DNA of 64,000 nt from an uncultured Sutterella sp. (GCA_900542805.1 UQOW01000007.1:10771-74770), one strand, 5' to 3'. Positions 11,879 through 24,362 are shown, counted from the first letter of the stretch. Notes: generated by a model not told the origin, from the letters alone. A program made the numbers and translations.

Positions 11879-12142
11879 ATGGCACATAAGAAAGGTGGCG
11901 GTTCTACCCGCAACGGTCGCGATTCCCAGGCTCAGCGTTTGGGTGTCAAGGTTTTCGGCAACGCTATGGTGACTGCCGGTAATATTATTGTTCGTCAGCG
12001 CGGCACGCAGTTCCATGCCGGTGACAACGTCGGCATGGGCCGTGATCATACGTTGTTCGCTAAGGTTGACGGAACGGTTGCTTTTGAAGTCAAAGGCAAA
12101 CGCAATCATCAGTTTGTGAAGGTCGTTCCGGTCGCGGGTTAA
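11879..12142 (+). CDS. rpmA: 50S ribosomal protein L27
   Basis: [24 protein letters not shown]…. Confidence 0.95.
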   Translation: MAHKKGGGSTRNGRDSQAQRLGVKVFGNAMVTAGNIIVRQRGTQFHAGDNVGMGRDHTLFAKVDGTVAFEVKGKRNHQFVKVVPVAG

Positions 12143-12177
12143 TTTCCGCGCGACGATTTCTTCACAAATCAAAAGAA

Positions 12178-12240
12178 GCCCCGCGCGCCTGTCTTGGTAT
12201 TGCAAGGCAGAGACGACACGGGGCTTTTTCTGTCTTTTTT
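12178..12240 (+). terminator. GC-rich stem-loop plus U-tracts between rpmA and obgE (terminator or attenuator)
   Basis: GCCCCG…CGGGGC outer stem with inner pairing, followed by TTTTTCTGTCTTTTTT. Confidence 0.55.
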
Positions 12241-12242
12241 AA

Positions 12243-14468
<2,226 letters not shown>

Positions 14469-14472
<4 letters not shown>

Positions 14473-14939
14473 GAACCGCCTGCGTATCCGTTTTGCCGCC
14501 ACGCTTCGAAAACCGTGACGGCAACGGCGTTACTTAAATTTAGGGATCGGTTGCCCGGAATCATCGGCAATCGGATACGTTGCTCGGAGGGAAAGGCATT
14601 GCGAATGGCATCAGGCAACCCGTGTCCTTCGCTTCCGAAAATAAGCCAATCGCCCGGATGAAACGTTGCTTTGGAAAAGATTCCCGAGCCTTTGGTCGTC
14701 ATGGCAAAAATACGACAGCGGTCGGGATCGGCTTTCTCAAGGAAATCTTCCCAACTCTTGTAGACCGTCATGAGCGTCATTTCGTGATAGTCCAGACCGG
14801 CACGAATCAGATGTTTGTCGTCGATACTGAATCCCAATGGCTCGACAAGATGCAATTGGCATCCCGTATTGGCACAAAGACGAATGATATTTCCCGTATT
14901 CGGCGGGATTTCCGGGTACACAAGAACAACGTGGAACAT
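14469..14939 (-). CDS. trmL: tRNA (cytidine/uridine-2'-O)-methyltransferase TrmL (SpoU family)
   Basis: [26 protein letters not shown]…[11 protein letters not shown]. 156 aa. Confidence 0.85.
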
Positions 14940-14941
14940 AG

Positions 14942-15922
14942 TTATTTTTTCTCATCCCGAGAGGGTTCGCGGAGCATACTCTCGCGCATCTTCGCCAGGG
15001 CCTTCTTTTCAATTTGACGGACGCGCTCGGAGGAGATGCCGAATTCATCGGCCAGTTCCTGCAACGTCATCGGTGCCGTATTGCCGTCGGCATCTTCGGC
15101 AAGCCAACGCGCTTCGATTACTCGGCGCGAGCGCGGGTCAAGTTCTTTTAAGGCCGCACGCAATTTGGCTTTGGTGTGCGATTCGGTGTCTTTTTGCTCG
15201 ACGTCTTCAAGCGGAGTCGGTTCCTCGGAGGCTAAGTAATCGATCGGGGCAAAGCTGTTTCCTTCCTCGTCGTCGCTGTCGGACCCTTCCATCGATAAAT
15301 CCGCACCCCCCATGCGCTTTTCCATCTCGAGAACTTCGTCGGGTTTTACGTCGAGGGTCTGAGCGATATGTTCGGCCTCGGGCTTTGTGAGCGACTTGTC
15401 GCTTTCTTTCATCTGGCGCAGGTTAAAAAAGAGTTTGCGCTGATTTTTCGTTGTCGCCACTTTCACCAGTCGCCAGTTGCGAATGACGTAATCTTGAATT
15501 TCCGAACGAATCCAGTGAACGGCAAACGTCATGAGCCGAACGCCCTTGTCCGGATCAAAATGTTTGACGGCTTTCATCAGACCGATATTGCCTTCCTGAA
15601 TGAGGTCGGCATGTGGGAGTCCGTACCCTAGATAGCCTCGAGCCACGGAAACAACGAGTCGCAAGTGGCTGAAAATAAGCTTTTGGGCAGCCGTCAGGTC
15701 GTTTTTGTCGCGCAGTTGAACGGCTAAGGAATGCTCTTCTTGCGCACTTAAAACCGGAGCAGCATTAGCCGCGCGAATATAGGCATCGATGTCGCCCAAG
15801 CTCGGCGGAAGCAGGGCCGGGACGTTGGACTTGTAGGGGACAAGAGCAGCGCCGGATTTGCGCTCGGGACTTTTGGTGTTCTCTCCGGGGGCTTGGGCGG
15901 AAATAGGCTCGACTTGACTCAT
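14942..15922 (-). CDS. rpoH: RNA polymerase sigma-32 (heat-shock sigma factor)
   Basis: Sigma-70 family regions 2 and 4 plus the RpoH box QRKLFFNLR. Acidic linker. 326 aa. Confidence 0.9.
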   Translation of the reverse strand: MSQVEPISAQAPGENTKSPERKSGAALVPYKSNVPALLPPSLGDIDAYIRAANAAPVLSAQEEHSLAVQLRDKNDLTAAQKLIFSHLRLVVSVARGYLGYGLPHADLIQEGNIGLMKAVKHFDPDKGVRLMTFAVHWIRSEIQDYVIRNWRLVKVATTKNQRKLFFNLRQMKESDKSLTKPEAEHIAQTLDVKPDEVLEMEKRMGGADLSMEGSDSDDEEGNSFAPIDYLASEEPTPLEDVEQKDTESHTKAKLRAALKELDPRSRRVIEARWLAEDADGNTAPMTLQELADEFGISSERVRQIEKKALAKMRESMLREPSRDEKK

Positions 15923-15982
15923 AGTGGAGAAACTGTAACACGCTCTAGGGGAACTGAAAACGACGGGTGACGGAAAATCGTA

Positions 15983-16888
15983 TCAGTTTGTTTTGCATTC
16001 CTTGCGTATGGCTGCCGAGGCAGCTAGGTTCCCGATAATTGCCCCGAGACAGGCGGCGGCTAAGACGTAAACGGCGCACCAGTTCACTGCCGGTAGTGCC
16101 AGATGTAGGGTAACGGAATAAAGAGCAGCAAAATTGGCAACGGGTTCAGCCAAAAGTGCGATGGCAAGGCGTGTTAAGCCTAAACTGAAAAGGGCCGAGC
16201 AACCAAGCGTGATAAATCCGCGCCAGATGTACGGACGCTTGATAAAGCTCGGATACGCACCGAACAGATAGAGGGCTCGAATTTCGGCTACTTGTGCGAT
16301 TGTTGTTAAGCGGACGGAGGCAGCAATGACCAAAAGAACCAAAATGCAGACGATGGTGCCCAAAATGCCGGCGACGATGGTTACCGCTTTTATAAGAGCG
16401 CCCACGTGCAAGGCCCACGTGTCGTCATAAGCGACCGAGTCAACTTCCGAGAGTTTTTCAATATTCCCGGCCAGCGTACGAATCTGATCACGTGTGGCGG
16501 TTTTTTTACACGTTGCAACGATTAAATCTGGCAAGGGATTGGTTTTGGATTGTCGGGTTTTAATGCCGAGGCTGGCGTTAACGGAGGCAAGAGCCTCGGC
16601 TTTCGGGATAATCCGAATGTGATCGATAATCGGAGAGGATTCGATTTTCTGCGCCAATTGTCGAACGGTTTTCTCACCGGCACTGCGTTGGGCAAAGACC
16701 GTGATTTCCGTCACAAGCGGGACGGACACAATCGGTTGCGAGAGCGACCAAGCCAGGGTACCGAGGAAAAACGGGATGGTCAGGGTAAACCCAGCAAGTG
16801 ACAAAGCGAGGAAAAACTGACCGAAGGCGCCAAAAATGCCGCTCATGGTTCGCGAGAAAGCCCAACGCCAAGCAGAGAAAAGCCTCAT
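15983..16888 (-). CDS. ftsX: cell division ABC transporter permease FtsX
   Basis: Four-TM FtsX topology and sequence. Start overlaps the end of ftsE by 4 nt. Confidence 0.85.
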   Translation of the reverse strand: MRLFSAWRWAFSRTMSGIFGAFGQFFLALSLAGFTLTIPFFLGTLAWSLSQPIVSVPLVTEITVFAQRSAGEKTVRQLAQKIESSPIIDHIRIIPKAEALASVNASLGIKTRQSKTNPLPDLIVATCKKTATRDQIRTLAGNIEKLSEVDSVAYDDTWALHVGALIKAVTIVAGILGTIVCILVLLVIAASVRLTTIAQVAEIRALYLFGAYPSFIKRPYIWRGFITLGCSALFSLGLTRLAIALLAEPVANFAALYSVTLHLALPAVNWCAVYVLAAACLGAIIGNLAASAAIRKECKTN

Positions 16889-17547
16889 CGTACGTCTCCG
16901 AGCCCTAATTGAATCGGGCGACAGGGTACGGAACTCGGCGAAAGTTCCAAGTGTGAGGCGACGATGACGGCAACTCCGTATCGGGAAAAGTCGGCCAAAA
17001 GGTCCATGAGTTTTTGGGCGTTATCCACGTCCAAATTGGCGGCCGGTTCATCGGCCAAAATCAAAACAGGGTGGTTGACAACGGCCCGGGCCAGACAGGC
17101 TTGTTGCTTTTCACCGGCCGAAAGTTTTGCCGGAAGTAAGGGCGCAAGCGAGAGAATGCCGCAACGCTCCAAAGCGGCTAAAGCCCGTTTTTTGGCTTCG
17201 TGAAACGATTCGTCGGCAGCAATGGCCGGTAGCATGACGTTTTCGAGCACGGTGCGGTCTTCTAAAAGCAGACCGCCCTGAATCATGATGCCCATCGTGC
17301 GGCGTAACCACAGTCGTTGCCTCGGGGTAAAGTCGTTAATAAGTTCTCCGGCCACGAGAACTTTGCCCGAAGTCGGTGTCATTAGTCCGGCAACAAGGCG
17401 AAGGGCTAAGGACTTTCCGGATCCCGTCGGTCCGTGCAGGCAAACAAATTCGCCGCGCGTGACGTTAAAGGTAAGCGGCGGAATCGGGCGAACGTCGGGA
17501 AGTTCACAGACGGCGTTCACAAGTTCCACAAGCGGCGCATTAATCAC
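16885..17547 (-). CDS. ftsE: cell division ABC transporter ATP-binding protein FtsE
   Basis: GPTGSGKS Walker A, LSAGEKQ signature, ILADEP Walker B. Confidence 0.85.
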   Translation of the reverse strand: MINAPLVELVNAVCELPDVRPIPPLTFNVTRGEFVCLHGPTGSGKSLALRLVAGLMTPTSGKVLVAGELINDFTPRQRLWLRRTMGIMIQGGLLLEDRTVLENVMLPAIAADESFHEAKKRALAALERCGILSLAPLLPAKLSAGEKQQACLARAVVNHPVLILADEPAANLDVDNAQKLMDLLADFSRYGVAVIVASHLELSPSSVPCRPIQLGLGDVR

Positions 17548-18466
17548 GGTATTCGCCTCGCTCGATGCCTAACAGGGCATCGGCATAAGAGTGTGCCTGA
17601 AACGGTTGTAAGTCATCAATCTGTTCGCCTACACCGATAAAGTAAATCGGAAGGGGCTTTTGACGGTTTTGCTCGGCAATAGCGACAAGAACGCCGCCTT
17701 TGGCCGAACCGTCGAGTTTTGTGACAATGAGCCCTGTTAGGTCTGCTGCCTGATTAAAGGCCGTAACCTGAGTTAAGGCATTTTGACCAGTCGTGCCGTC
17801 GACAACAAGGATAACTTCGTGTGGGGCTCCGGGCAGGGCTTTCCCAGCGGCATGTCGTACACGCGATAGTTCTGCCATCAAGTGAGTCTGTGTCGGTAAG
17901 CGCCCTGCCGTATCAACGATGATGACATCGGTACCGCGAGCCCGCGCAGCGGCAATTGCATCAAAAGCCACGGCGGCCGGGTCGCCTCCGGTTTGGGCGA
18001 TGACATCGATTTTGTTCCGCTCGGCCCAGATATCGAGTTGCTCGCGTGCCGCGGCACGGAACGTGTCGCCTGCCGCTAAAAGAACGGTTTTTCCCTGTGA
18101 AGCAAACCACTTGGCGATTTTTCCGATGCTTGTGGTCTTACCGGCACCGTTCACACCCACCATCATAAGAACCAAGGGTTTGTTCGCGTCGGTTCGAAGG
18201 GTTTTCTCAACAGTTTCAAGTCGCGCGGCGATTTCGTCGCGAAGGGCGAGACGAACTTGTTCGGGGGTACGCAAACCCTGAAGTTTTACGGTATCCCTCA
18301 GACGCTTTAAGATGTCCGTCGTCGTGCGGATGCCGACATCGGCGGCGATGAGTGTTTCTTCGAGATCCTCGAAAAACACTTCGTCAATCACGGCGCCGGA
18401 AAAAAGACCGGCCAGTTGAATCCGAGACCGTTCAAGACCTTGTTTTAAGTGTGAAAAAAAACTCAT
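17540..18466 (-). CDS. ftsY: signal recognition particle receptor FtsY (short form)
   Basis: MSFFSHLKQGL… N-terminus typical of betaproteobacterial FtsY, and an NG domain with GVNGAGKTT. The longer upstream start at 18550 is rejected because it would overlap rsmD. Confidence 0.85.
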   Translation of the reverse strand: MSFFSHLKQGLERSRIQLAGLFSGAVIDEVFFEDLEETLIAADVGIRTTTDILKRLRDTVKLQGLRTPEQVRLALRDEIAARLETVEKTLRTDANKPLVLMMVGVNGAGKTTSIGKIAKWFASQGKTVLLAAGDTFRAAAREQLDIWAERNKIDVIAQTGGDPAAVAFDAIAAARARGTDVIIVDTAGRLPTQTHLMAELSRVRHAAGKALPGAPHEVILVVDGTTGQNALTQVTAFNQAADLTGLIVTKLDGSAKGGVLVAIAEQNRQKPLPIYFIGVGEQIDDLQPFQAHSYADALLGIERGEYRD

Positions 18467-18476
18467 TGGTAAGCCG

Positions 18477-19097
18477 ATGAAAAAAACCGTGAGAAAAAAT
18501 TCAAACGCTAGTTTAGCAACAGCAAGGGCCGCAGGGGGCGTCGTCCGCATTGTGGGCGGAAGCTACAAGCGAACCCCGATTAAGGTTGCAGATTTTGTCG
18601 GCTTGCGCCCGACGCCCGAGCGCGTTCGCGAGACGGTTTTTGACTGGATAGCGCACCTGATCGGGGGATGTGCCGGGCACACGTTTTGCGACATGTTTGC
18701 CGGAAGCGGGGCGCTCGGTCTTGAGGCGGCTAGTCGCGGGGGCGATAAAGTCGTCTCAATCGATAAGAACCGAGCCTGCACAAAGGCCATTGCCGGTCTT
18801 GTTCAAAAACTCGGAGCTACTTCTTGCGTTCAGGTCGTGTGTGCAGATGCGATACAGTATCTGGAAAAGACCGAGGAACTCTTTGATGTGATTTTCATCG
18901 ATCCCCCGTTTGCCACGTGCCTGCAGCTGAAGGCTGCAGGCGCGGCTCGGACACGCTTGCGCAAAGGAGGGCTAATCTACGTCGAAAGCGATAAATCTAT
19001 TTCGGAGGCTGATTTTCAGGCGCTCGGATTATCCATTTTGCGTCAGGGAAAAGCCGGACAGGTGCATTTTTTTGTCCTCAAGGCGGATTTTCCGTAG
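18477..19097 (+). CDS. rsmD: 16S rRNA (guanine966-N2)-methyltransferase
   Basis: RIVGGSYKRTPIKV…GLRPTPERVRETVFDWI…DMFAGSGALGLEA…IDPPF. Divergent from ftsY, as in E. coli. Confidence 0.85.
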   Translation: MKKTVRKNSNASLATARAAGGVVRIVGGSYKRTPIKVADFVGLRPTPERVRETVFDWIAHLIGGCAGHTFCDMFAGSGALGLEAASRGGDKVVSIDKNRACTKAIAGLVQKLGATSCVQVVCADAIQYLEKTEELFDVIFIDPPFATCLQLKAAGAARTRLRKGGLIYVESDKSISEADFQALGLSILRQGKAGQVHFFVLKADFP

Positions 19098-19129
19098 AAT
19101 GCCCAATACTGACCGGAAACGGGGTTGAT

Positions 19130-19615
19130 ATGACCTGTGCGGTATTTCCCGGGACCTTCGATCCGATGACCCTGGGACATATGGATATTGTTCGTCGGGC
19201 GGCCGGCATTTTCGATACGGTGATTGTTGCCGTAGCCGAGAGTGCGGCAAAAAACCCGCTCTTGACCCTTAAAGAGCGTATGGATTTGGCCCGAGAGTTG
19301 ACAGAGGGTATGCCGGGCGTATCGGTCGAAGGCTTTTCCGGCCTTTTGAGTGATTTTGTTGTAAGTCGTGGGGCGTCCGTCGTTGTTCGCGGCATGCGTC
19401 CTGTGGGTGATTTTGCTAATGAGTACCAGATGGCGGCGACAAACCGTCTTCTGATGCCCGGAGTGGAGACGGTATTTCTGATGCCCTCTGCTCAATATCA
19501 GTTCGTTAAGGGCTCCCTTGTTCGGGAGATAGTCAGAATGGGAGGCAGTGTGTCGGCCTTTGTTGCGCCGGCCGCGACCAAAGCACTCGCGGCCAAACTT
19601 CGTACACGGGATTAG
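19130..19615 (+). CDS. coaD: phosphopantetheine adenylyltransferase
   Basis: AVFPGTFDPMTLGHMDIVRRA… (T/HxGH motif). Confidence 0.9.
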   Translation: MTCAVFPGTFDPMTLGHMDIVRRAAGIFDTVIVAVAESAAKNPLLTLKERMDLARELTEGMPGVSVEGFSGLLSDFVVSRGASVVVRGMRPVGDFANEYQMAATNRLLMPGVETVFLMPSAQYQFVKGSLVREIVRMGGSVSAFVAPAATKALAAKLRTRD

Positions 19616-19667
19616 TCGGTTTCCGACGTCCCGACCTTTTGACTTACCTATTTAAAGAGAATCAAAA

Positions 19668-21209
19668 ATGCAACCTTATGATGCACAATGGTTATCCATT
19701 GTTCCGCCGATTGTCGCTATCGGCTTAGCCTTGATTACAAAGGAAGTTTTTTCCAGCTTGTTCATCGGCATTTTGACCGGCACGCTTATTTACGCGTGCG
19801 GCACAGGTGCCAATATCGTGATGGGAACACTCGAGACAGCCTTCAAACTCATGGGCGCCAAGCTCGACTTTGACATCATTATTTTCTGCTCCTTGCTCGG
19901 AGCGCTGGTTTATATTCTGAACATGTCGGGCGGCACGATGGCCTACGGCAGAGTCGCGGCCCGAGCCATTAAGTCGCGTCGCTCGTCTCTGATGTCGACA
20001 AGCGGTCTGGGTCTTGCAATTTTCATCGACGACTATTTCAGCTGTCTGACAGTCGGCACGGTGATGCGCCCGATGACGGATTTATATAGAGTCAGCCGCG
20101 AAAAGTTAGCCTACATTATCGATGCCACAGCCGCTCCTCTTTGCATCATTGCTCCGATTTCTTCGTGGGCGGCTGCTGTCGGATCGTCCTTAAAGAGCAC
20201 GGGCGCCTTTGACAACGAACTCGGCGCCTTCGTTGCGACGATTCCGTGGAACTTTTACGCACTCCTTTCGTTGCTGATGGTTTGGATGATTTGCATCAGT
20301 AACCGCGATTACGGTCCTATGCGTAAGGCTGAATTGCGGGCGGCGCGCGGCGAGATTTCGGAAGGAAAGATTCAGGAATCGAATATTAAAGTCAGTCCGA
20401 AGGGCACTCCTTGGGACATGATTGTTCCATTGGTCGGTTTGATTGTTTTTGCCGTGCTCGGATTGATGTATTCGGGCGGCTACTGGGGTGCCGAAGCACC
20501 GTACCGCGGATCATTTACGGCGGCTTTGGGAAATAGTTCCGCCTCTCCCTCGCTTGTTTGGGCCAGTTTCGGCGCCTTGGTTGTGGCGTTTGTCATGTAT
20601 ATTCCGCGTAAGCTCGTGACATTCTCCGAATTCATGAATGGTATTGTCGAAGGCATCCGTCTGATGCTTCCGGCGAACCTGATTCTGATTTTGGCCTGGA
20701 CGCTTTCCGGTGTTTGCCGTGATTTACTCTGCACGCCGCAGTTCGTGCAGTCGGTTGTGTTGCACACGGGTATGAGCGCGATGTTCCTGCCGTTCTTCAT
20801 CTTCCTGATTGCCGCTTTCTTGTCGTTCTCGACGGGCACGGCTTGGGGTACATTCGGCATCCTCATCCCGATTGTCGTTCCGATTATCGTGGCCTTAGAC
20901 CCGGGCCTGACGACCGTGGCGCTCTCGGCCACGTTGGCCGGTTCCGTGTTCGGCGATCACTGCTCACCGATTTCGGATACGACAATTTTGGCTTCGGCCG
21001 GTGCCGGGTGTAGCCACATAGCTCATGTCACGACGCAATTGCCGTATGCCCTGACGGTTGCGGCCTGTGCGGCCATCGGATACCTTGTGGCTGGAATGAC
21101 GAGCGGATCGCTGATTTTGAGTTTCGGCGCGGCTGCCGGGACACTCGTGGTCGGGTTGCTGATTTTCCACGCACGTTCGGAGCGACTTGAACCCGACGCC
21201 AACCTGTAA
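19668..21209 (+). CDS. Na+/H+ antiporter NhaC-family membrane transporter
   Basis: 513 aa polytopic protein. The N-terminal region and overall architecture fit the NhaC family. Confidence 0.7.
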   Translation: MQPYDAQWLSIVPPIVAIGLALITKEVFSSLFIGILTGTLIYACGTGANIVMGTLETAFKLMGAKLDFDIIIFCSLLGALVYILNMSGGTMAYGRVAARAIKSRRSSLMSTSGLGLAIFIDDYFSCLTVGTVMRPMTDLYRVSREKLAYIIDATAAPLCIIAPISSWAAAVGSSLKSTGAFDNELGAFVATIPWNFYALLSLLMVWMICISNRDYGPMRKAELRAARGEISEGKIQESNIKVSPKGTPWDMIVPLVGLIVFAVLGLMYSGGYWGAEAPYRGSFTAALGNSSASPSLVWASFGALVVAFVMYIPRKLVTFSEFMNGIVEGIRLMLPANLILILAWTLSGVCRDLLCTPQFVQSVVLHTGMSAMFLPFFIFLIAAFLSFSTGTAWGTFGILIPIVVPIIVALDPGLTTVALSATLAGSVFGDHCSPISDTTILASAGAGCSHIAHVTTQLPYALTVAACAAIGYLVAGMTSGSLILSFGAAAGTLVVGLLIFHARSERLEPDANL

Positions 21210-21225
21210 AGAGTTTTCGGTCGAA

Positions 21226-21268
21226 AAAATCGCGCTGATGGGGTCAAATCGGCGCGATTTCTCTTTTA
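21226..21268 (+). terminator. intrinsic terminator after the nhaC-family gene
   Basis: AAATCGCGC…GCGCGATTT 9-bp stem followed by CTCTTTT. Confidence 0.6.
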
Positions 21269-21322
21269 ACGAAGACTGAAAATTATTAGAATCGGGAAAA
21301 CTCTCCACAAGTCGCCAAAAGC

Positions 21323-22465
21323 ATGATTTTTCGCCGCAGTTTCCTTAACGAGCTCGCCAATAGTGCCGGCGGGGTCTTTACCGTGATTTTTTCGATTGTT
21401 TTGACAGTCGGATTGGTCGGGGTTTTGCACGAAACGGCAGGCGGCAGTTACGACTCTTCGTCCGTTTTAGAGATTACGCTTTATACGGGGCTTGCCAATT
21501 TGGCTCCCCTCATGACGGCTTCTCTGTTTGTTGCCGTTTTAATCACGTTAATCCGCACCTGGCAAGACAACGAGATGATTGTGTGGTTCTCGGCCGGCGG
21601 ACGCAGTTTACTGGACTGGATCGGACCGGTTTTAAAGTTTGTTTTCCCTTTTGCCGTTCTCGTGGCGGTCCTGTCGCTTTCGGTCAGCCCCTGGGCCAAG
21701 GAGCAGATGGAGCAAAGCGCCCGAGAGTTTCAGCAGCGCGATGATGTCAGTCGTATTGCTCCGGGGCGCTTTATCGAGACGAACGGCGGGCAACGTGTCT
21801 TTTTTATCGAAGAAGTTTCCAAGGACGGTACTCGCGTCAAAAACGTTTTTATGAGCATTCGCGAGAATGACAAAGAGACGATTGTTCGCGCTCAGTCCGG
21901 CGAAATTAAGCGCAACGCGCTCGGAGATCGTTTTGCGGTTTTATATAACGGGAAGCGCTACGATACGGGGAGCGGATCGGACGCGGCCTGGCGCGTAATT
22001 GAATTTAAAACATACGAATTGCGCTTGGATACAAAGACCGGTCCCATCTCCGGTTCGTCCGATGTCGATCAGGTACCGATTCAGACGCTCATGGGAATGG
22101 ACACGGCTCGCGCCAAAGGGCAGATGTTTTGGCGTTTTACCTGGCCCTTTGCCGCGCTTATTTTGCCGTTTTTGGCCATTCCGCTTTCTTTGACGAACGT
22201 ACGGGCCGGAAGAAATCTGAATCTGTTGGCGGCGGCGTTGATTTTTATCTTGTATCTTAATGCCGTTTCCATCGGCGTGGCGCGCGTGAAGACCGAGCGC
22301 CTTGATTGGGTGGTCGGTCTTATGTTGATTAACGGGTCGTTCCTTTTCATCACCGTACTTCTTTTCGTGCGACGAGTTTGGATGCAACGTTGGTTGCCGC
22401 AATGCCTGACGGATTTGCCGTATCGCATCGGTCGTTGGGTGAGGCGTCGGGAGAGGAAAGCATGA
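21323..22465 (+). CDS. lptF: LPS export ABC transporter permease LptF
   Basis: YjgP/YjgQ-family permease. Precedes lptG with a 4-nt overlap. Confidence 0.8.
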   Translation: MIFRRSFLNELANSAGGVFTVIFSIVLTVGLVGVLHETAGGSYDSSSVLEITLYTGLANLAPLMTASLFVAVLITLIRTWQDNEMIVWFSAGGRSLLDWIGPVLKFVFPFAVLVAVLSLSVSPWAKEQMEQSAREFQQRDDVSRIAPGRFIETNGGQRVFFIEEVSKDGTRVKNVFMSIRENDKETIVRAQSGEIKRNALGDRFAVLYNGKRYDTGSGSDAAWRVIEFKTYELRLDTKTGPISGSSDVDQVPIQTLMGMDTARAKGQMFWRFTWPFAALILPFLAIPLSLTNVRAGRNLNLLAAALIFILYLNAVSIGVARVKTERLDWVVGLMLINGSFLFITVLLFVRRVWMQRWLPQCLTDLPYRIGRWVRRRERKA

Positions 22466-23607
22466 GAATCGTGACCCGACAGCTCACAAAGGAAATTCTC
22501 ATCGCGACAGCGTTCGTGATGGTTTCGCTTTTGGCGCTTTTCGCCTTCTTCGATGTTGCCGGACAAAGTTCGCGCATCGGAACGCGCTACGGCATCGATA
22601 TGGCCTTGCAGTTCGCCGTCCTGAATTTGCCGCGTCGGTTTTATCAAGTCATGCCGATTGCCGCGCTTTTGGGCGGTATATATACGCTCTCCCGCTGGGC
22701 TGCCGAATCCCAATTCGTGGTTTGGCGCATTTCGGGGTTGTCGGCTTGGCGTTTGGCTCAGATGCTTTTGGCGCCGGCATCGGTCCTGATTGTTCTGACG
22801 TATGCGGTCGGAGAATGGGTTGCCCCGGCCACCGATAGGGCCTACACGGATTTGCGGCGCATCAATGTGTACAACACGAACTTAAAACGCGTTTACGGCT
22901 TTAAGTCCGGCGTGTGGGTTAAAGATATCGTCAAAGCCAAAGACGGAAGCCCCGAGCTGCTTCGCTTTGTCAATGTCGGGAGTTTGTCGGTTGGCGAGCA
23001 GATGGAAACAGGTGCTTGGCGTGTTTTTGAGTTTTCTGCCCGCGACAATTCCCTGTTGCGAATCATTCACGCTACGAATGCTACGCATGTTCCTTCGCGT
23101 GGATGGCATTTGAAAAACGCCCGCATCGAGACGTTGCCCGCCGTCGGTAGAGACGACGGACCGATGATTGAAAGGGCCACGATTCAGACGGCCGCGGACC
23201 TTGTTCTTCCCAGTGACATGCAACCGGAGATCTTAGAAGTTTTAACCGTCAAGCCCTCGGCGATGGGAATCGGTGAGTTGCACGAGTATATCGGCCACTT
23301 AAAGCAGATGCGTCAGGAAACAAAACGCTACGAAATTGAGTTTTGGAACCACATCGTTTACCCGATTCTCATTTTCGTGATGCTCATGGTCGCCATGCCT
23401 TTTGCGTATTTAAACGCTCGGGCCGGCGGCATGGCCGTCAAGATTTTCTGCGGTCTTGTGATCGGTGTCGTCTTTTTCGGAATCGACAACGCCTTTACGT
23501 TTGCCGGCACGACCAGTGCTTTACCGGCGATGATGATTCCTCTCGTTCCAGTTGTTTTGATGCTTTTTGCCACAAGTGCGGCGCTCTGGTTTGCAGAACG
23601 CCGTTAG
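22462..23607 (+). CDS. lptG: LPS export ABC transporter permease LptG
   Basis: MRIVTRQLTKEILIATAFV… (YjgQ family). Start taken at the ATG overlapping the lptF stop. Confidence 0.8.
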   Translation: MRIVTRQLTKEILIATAFVMVSLLALFAFFDVAGQSSRIGTRYGIDMALQFAVLNLPRRFYQVMPIAALLGGIYTLSRWAAESQFVVWRISGLSAWRLAQMLLAPASVLIVLTYAVGEWVAPATDRAYTDLRRINVYNTNLKRVYGFKSGVWVKDIVKAKDGSPELLRFVNVGSLSVGEQMETGAWRVFEFSARDNSLLRIIHATNATHVPSRGWHLKNARIETLPAVGRDDGPMIERATIQTAADLVLPSDMQPEILEVLTVKPSAMGIGELHEYIGHLKQMRQETKRYEIEFWNHIVYPILIFVMLMVAMPFAYLNARAGGMAVKIFCGLVIGVVFFGIDNAFTFAGTTSALPAMMIPLVPVVLMLFATSAALWFAERR

Positions 23608-23627
23608 GGGACGATGAAGTCCGCAAA

Positions 23628-24362
23628 TCAGTGCGACAAAATCTGCGACAGGAACTTTTGGGCGCGCTCCGAGCGCGGGGCGTTGAAAAATTCGACCTTC
23701 GGAACGTTTTCCAGAATTTCTCCGTGATCGACGAAAATCACGCGGTCGGCCACTTTCTTGGCAAAGCCCATTTCGTGTGTGACGACCATCATGGTCATGC
23801 CGTCACGCGCTAGTTGCACCATCACGTCCAAGACTTCGTTAATCATTTCCGGATCGAGGGCCGACGTCGGTTCGTCAAAGAGCATGCAAATCGGATCCAT
23901 AGCCAGTGCACGAGCAATGGCCACACGCTGCTGCTGACCGCCCGAGAGTTGGCCGGGGAATTTTTCAGCTTGGCTTAAAAGCCCGACACGCTCCAAAAGC
24001 TTTAAACCGCGTTCCGTGGCTTCGTCACGCCCGCGCTTTAAGACTTTCATTTGTGCCAAACGCAAGTTGTCGATAATCGAAAGATGCGGGAAAAGCTCGA
24101 AGTGCTGGAAAACCATGCCGACGTGGCTACGCAATTTGGCTAAATCAGTCTTCGGGTCCCCGACACTGACGCTGTTGACAAGGATTTCTCCTTCCTGAAA
24201 CGGCTCTAAGGCGTTGACGGTCTTAATCAACGTGGATTTGCCCGATCCCGAAGGGCCGCAGACAACAACGACTTCTCCCTTTTCAACGGAGACGGAACAG
24301 TTTTTTAATACCTGAAAATCTCCGTACCACTTGCTTACATTGCGGATCTCAATCATTGCCAT
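23628..24362 (-). CDS. polar amino-acid ABC transporter ATP-binding protein (GlnQ-like), no cognate permease adjacent
   Basis: MIEIRNVSKWYGDFQVLK…GPSGSGKST…LSGGQQQRVAIARALAM…LFDEPTSALDPE. Confidence 0.85.
   Translation of the reverse strand: MAMIEIRNVSKWYGDFQVLKNCSVSVEKGEVVVVCGPSGSGKSTLIKTVNALEPFQEGEILVNSVSVGDPKTDLAKLRSHVGMVFQHFELFPHLSIIDNLRLAQMKVLKRGRDEATERGLKLLERVGLLSQAEKFPGQLSGGQQQRVAIARALAMDPICMLFDEPTSALDPEMINEVLDVMVQLARDGMTMMVVTHEMGFAKKVADRVIFVDHGEILENVPKVEFFNAPRSERAQKFLSQILSH

Noticed and set aside
18467-18550. Longer ftsY start (MRTTPPAALAV…)
   Set aside because: It would overlap the divergent rsmD start. The internal MSFFSHLKQGL matches the usual short betaproteobacterial FtsY N-terminus.
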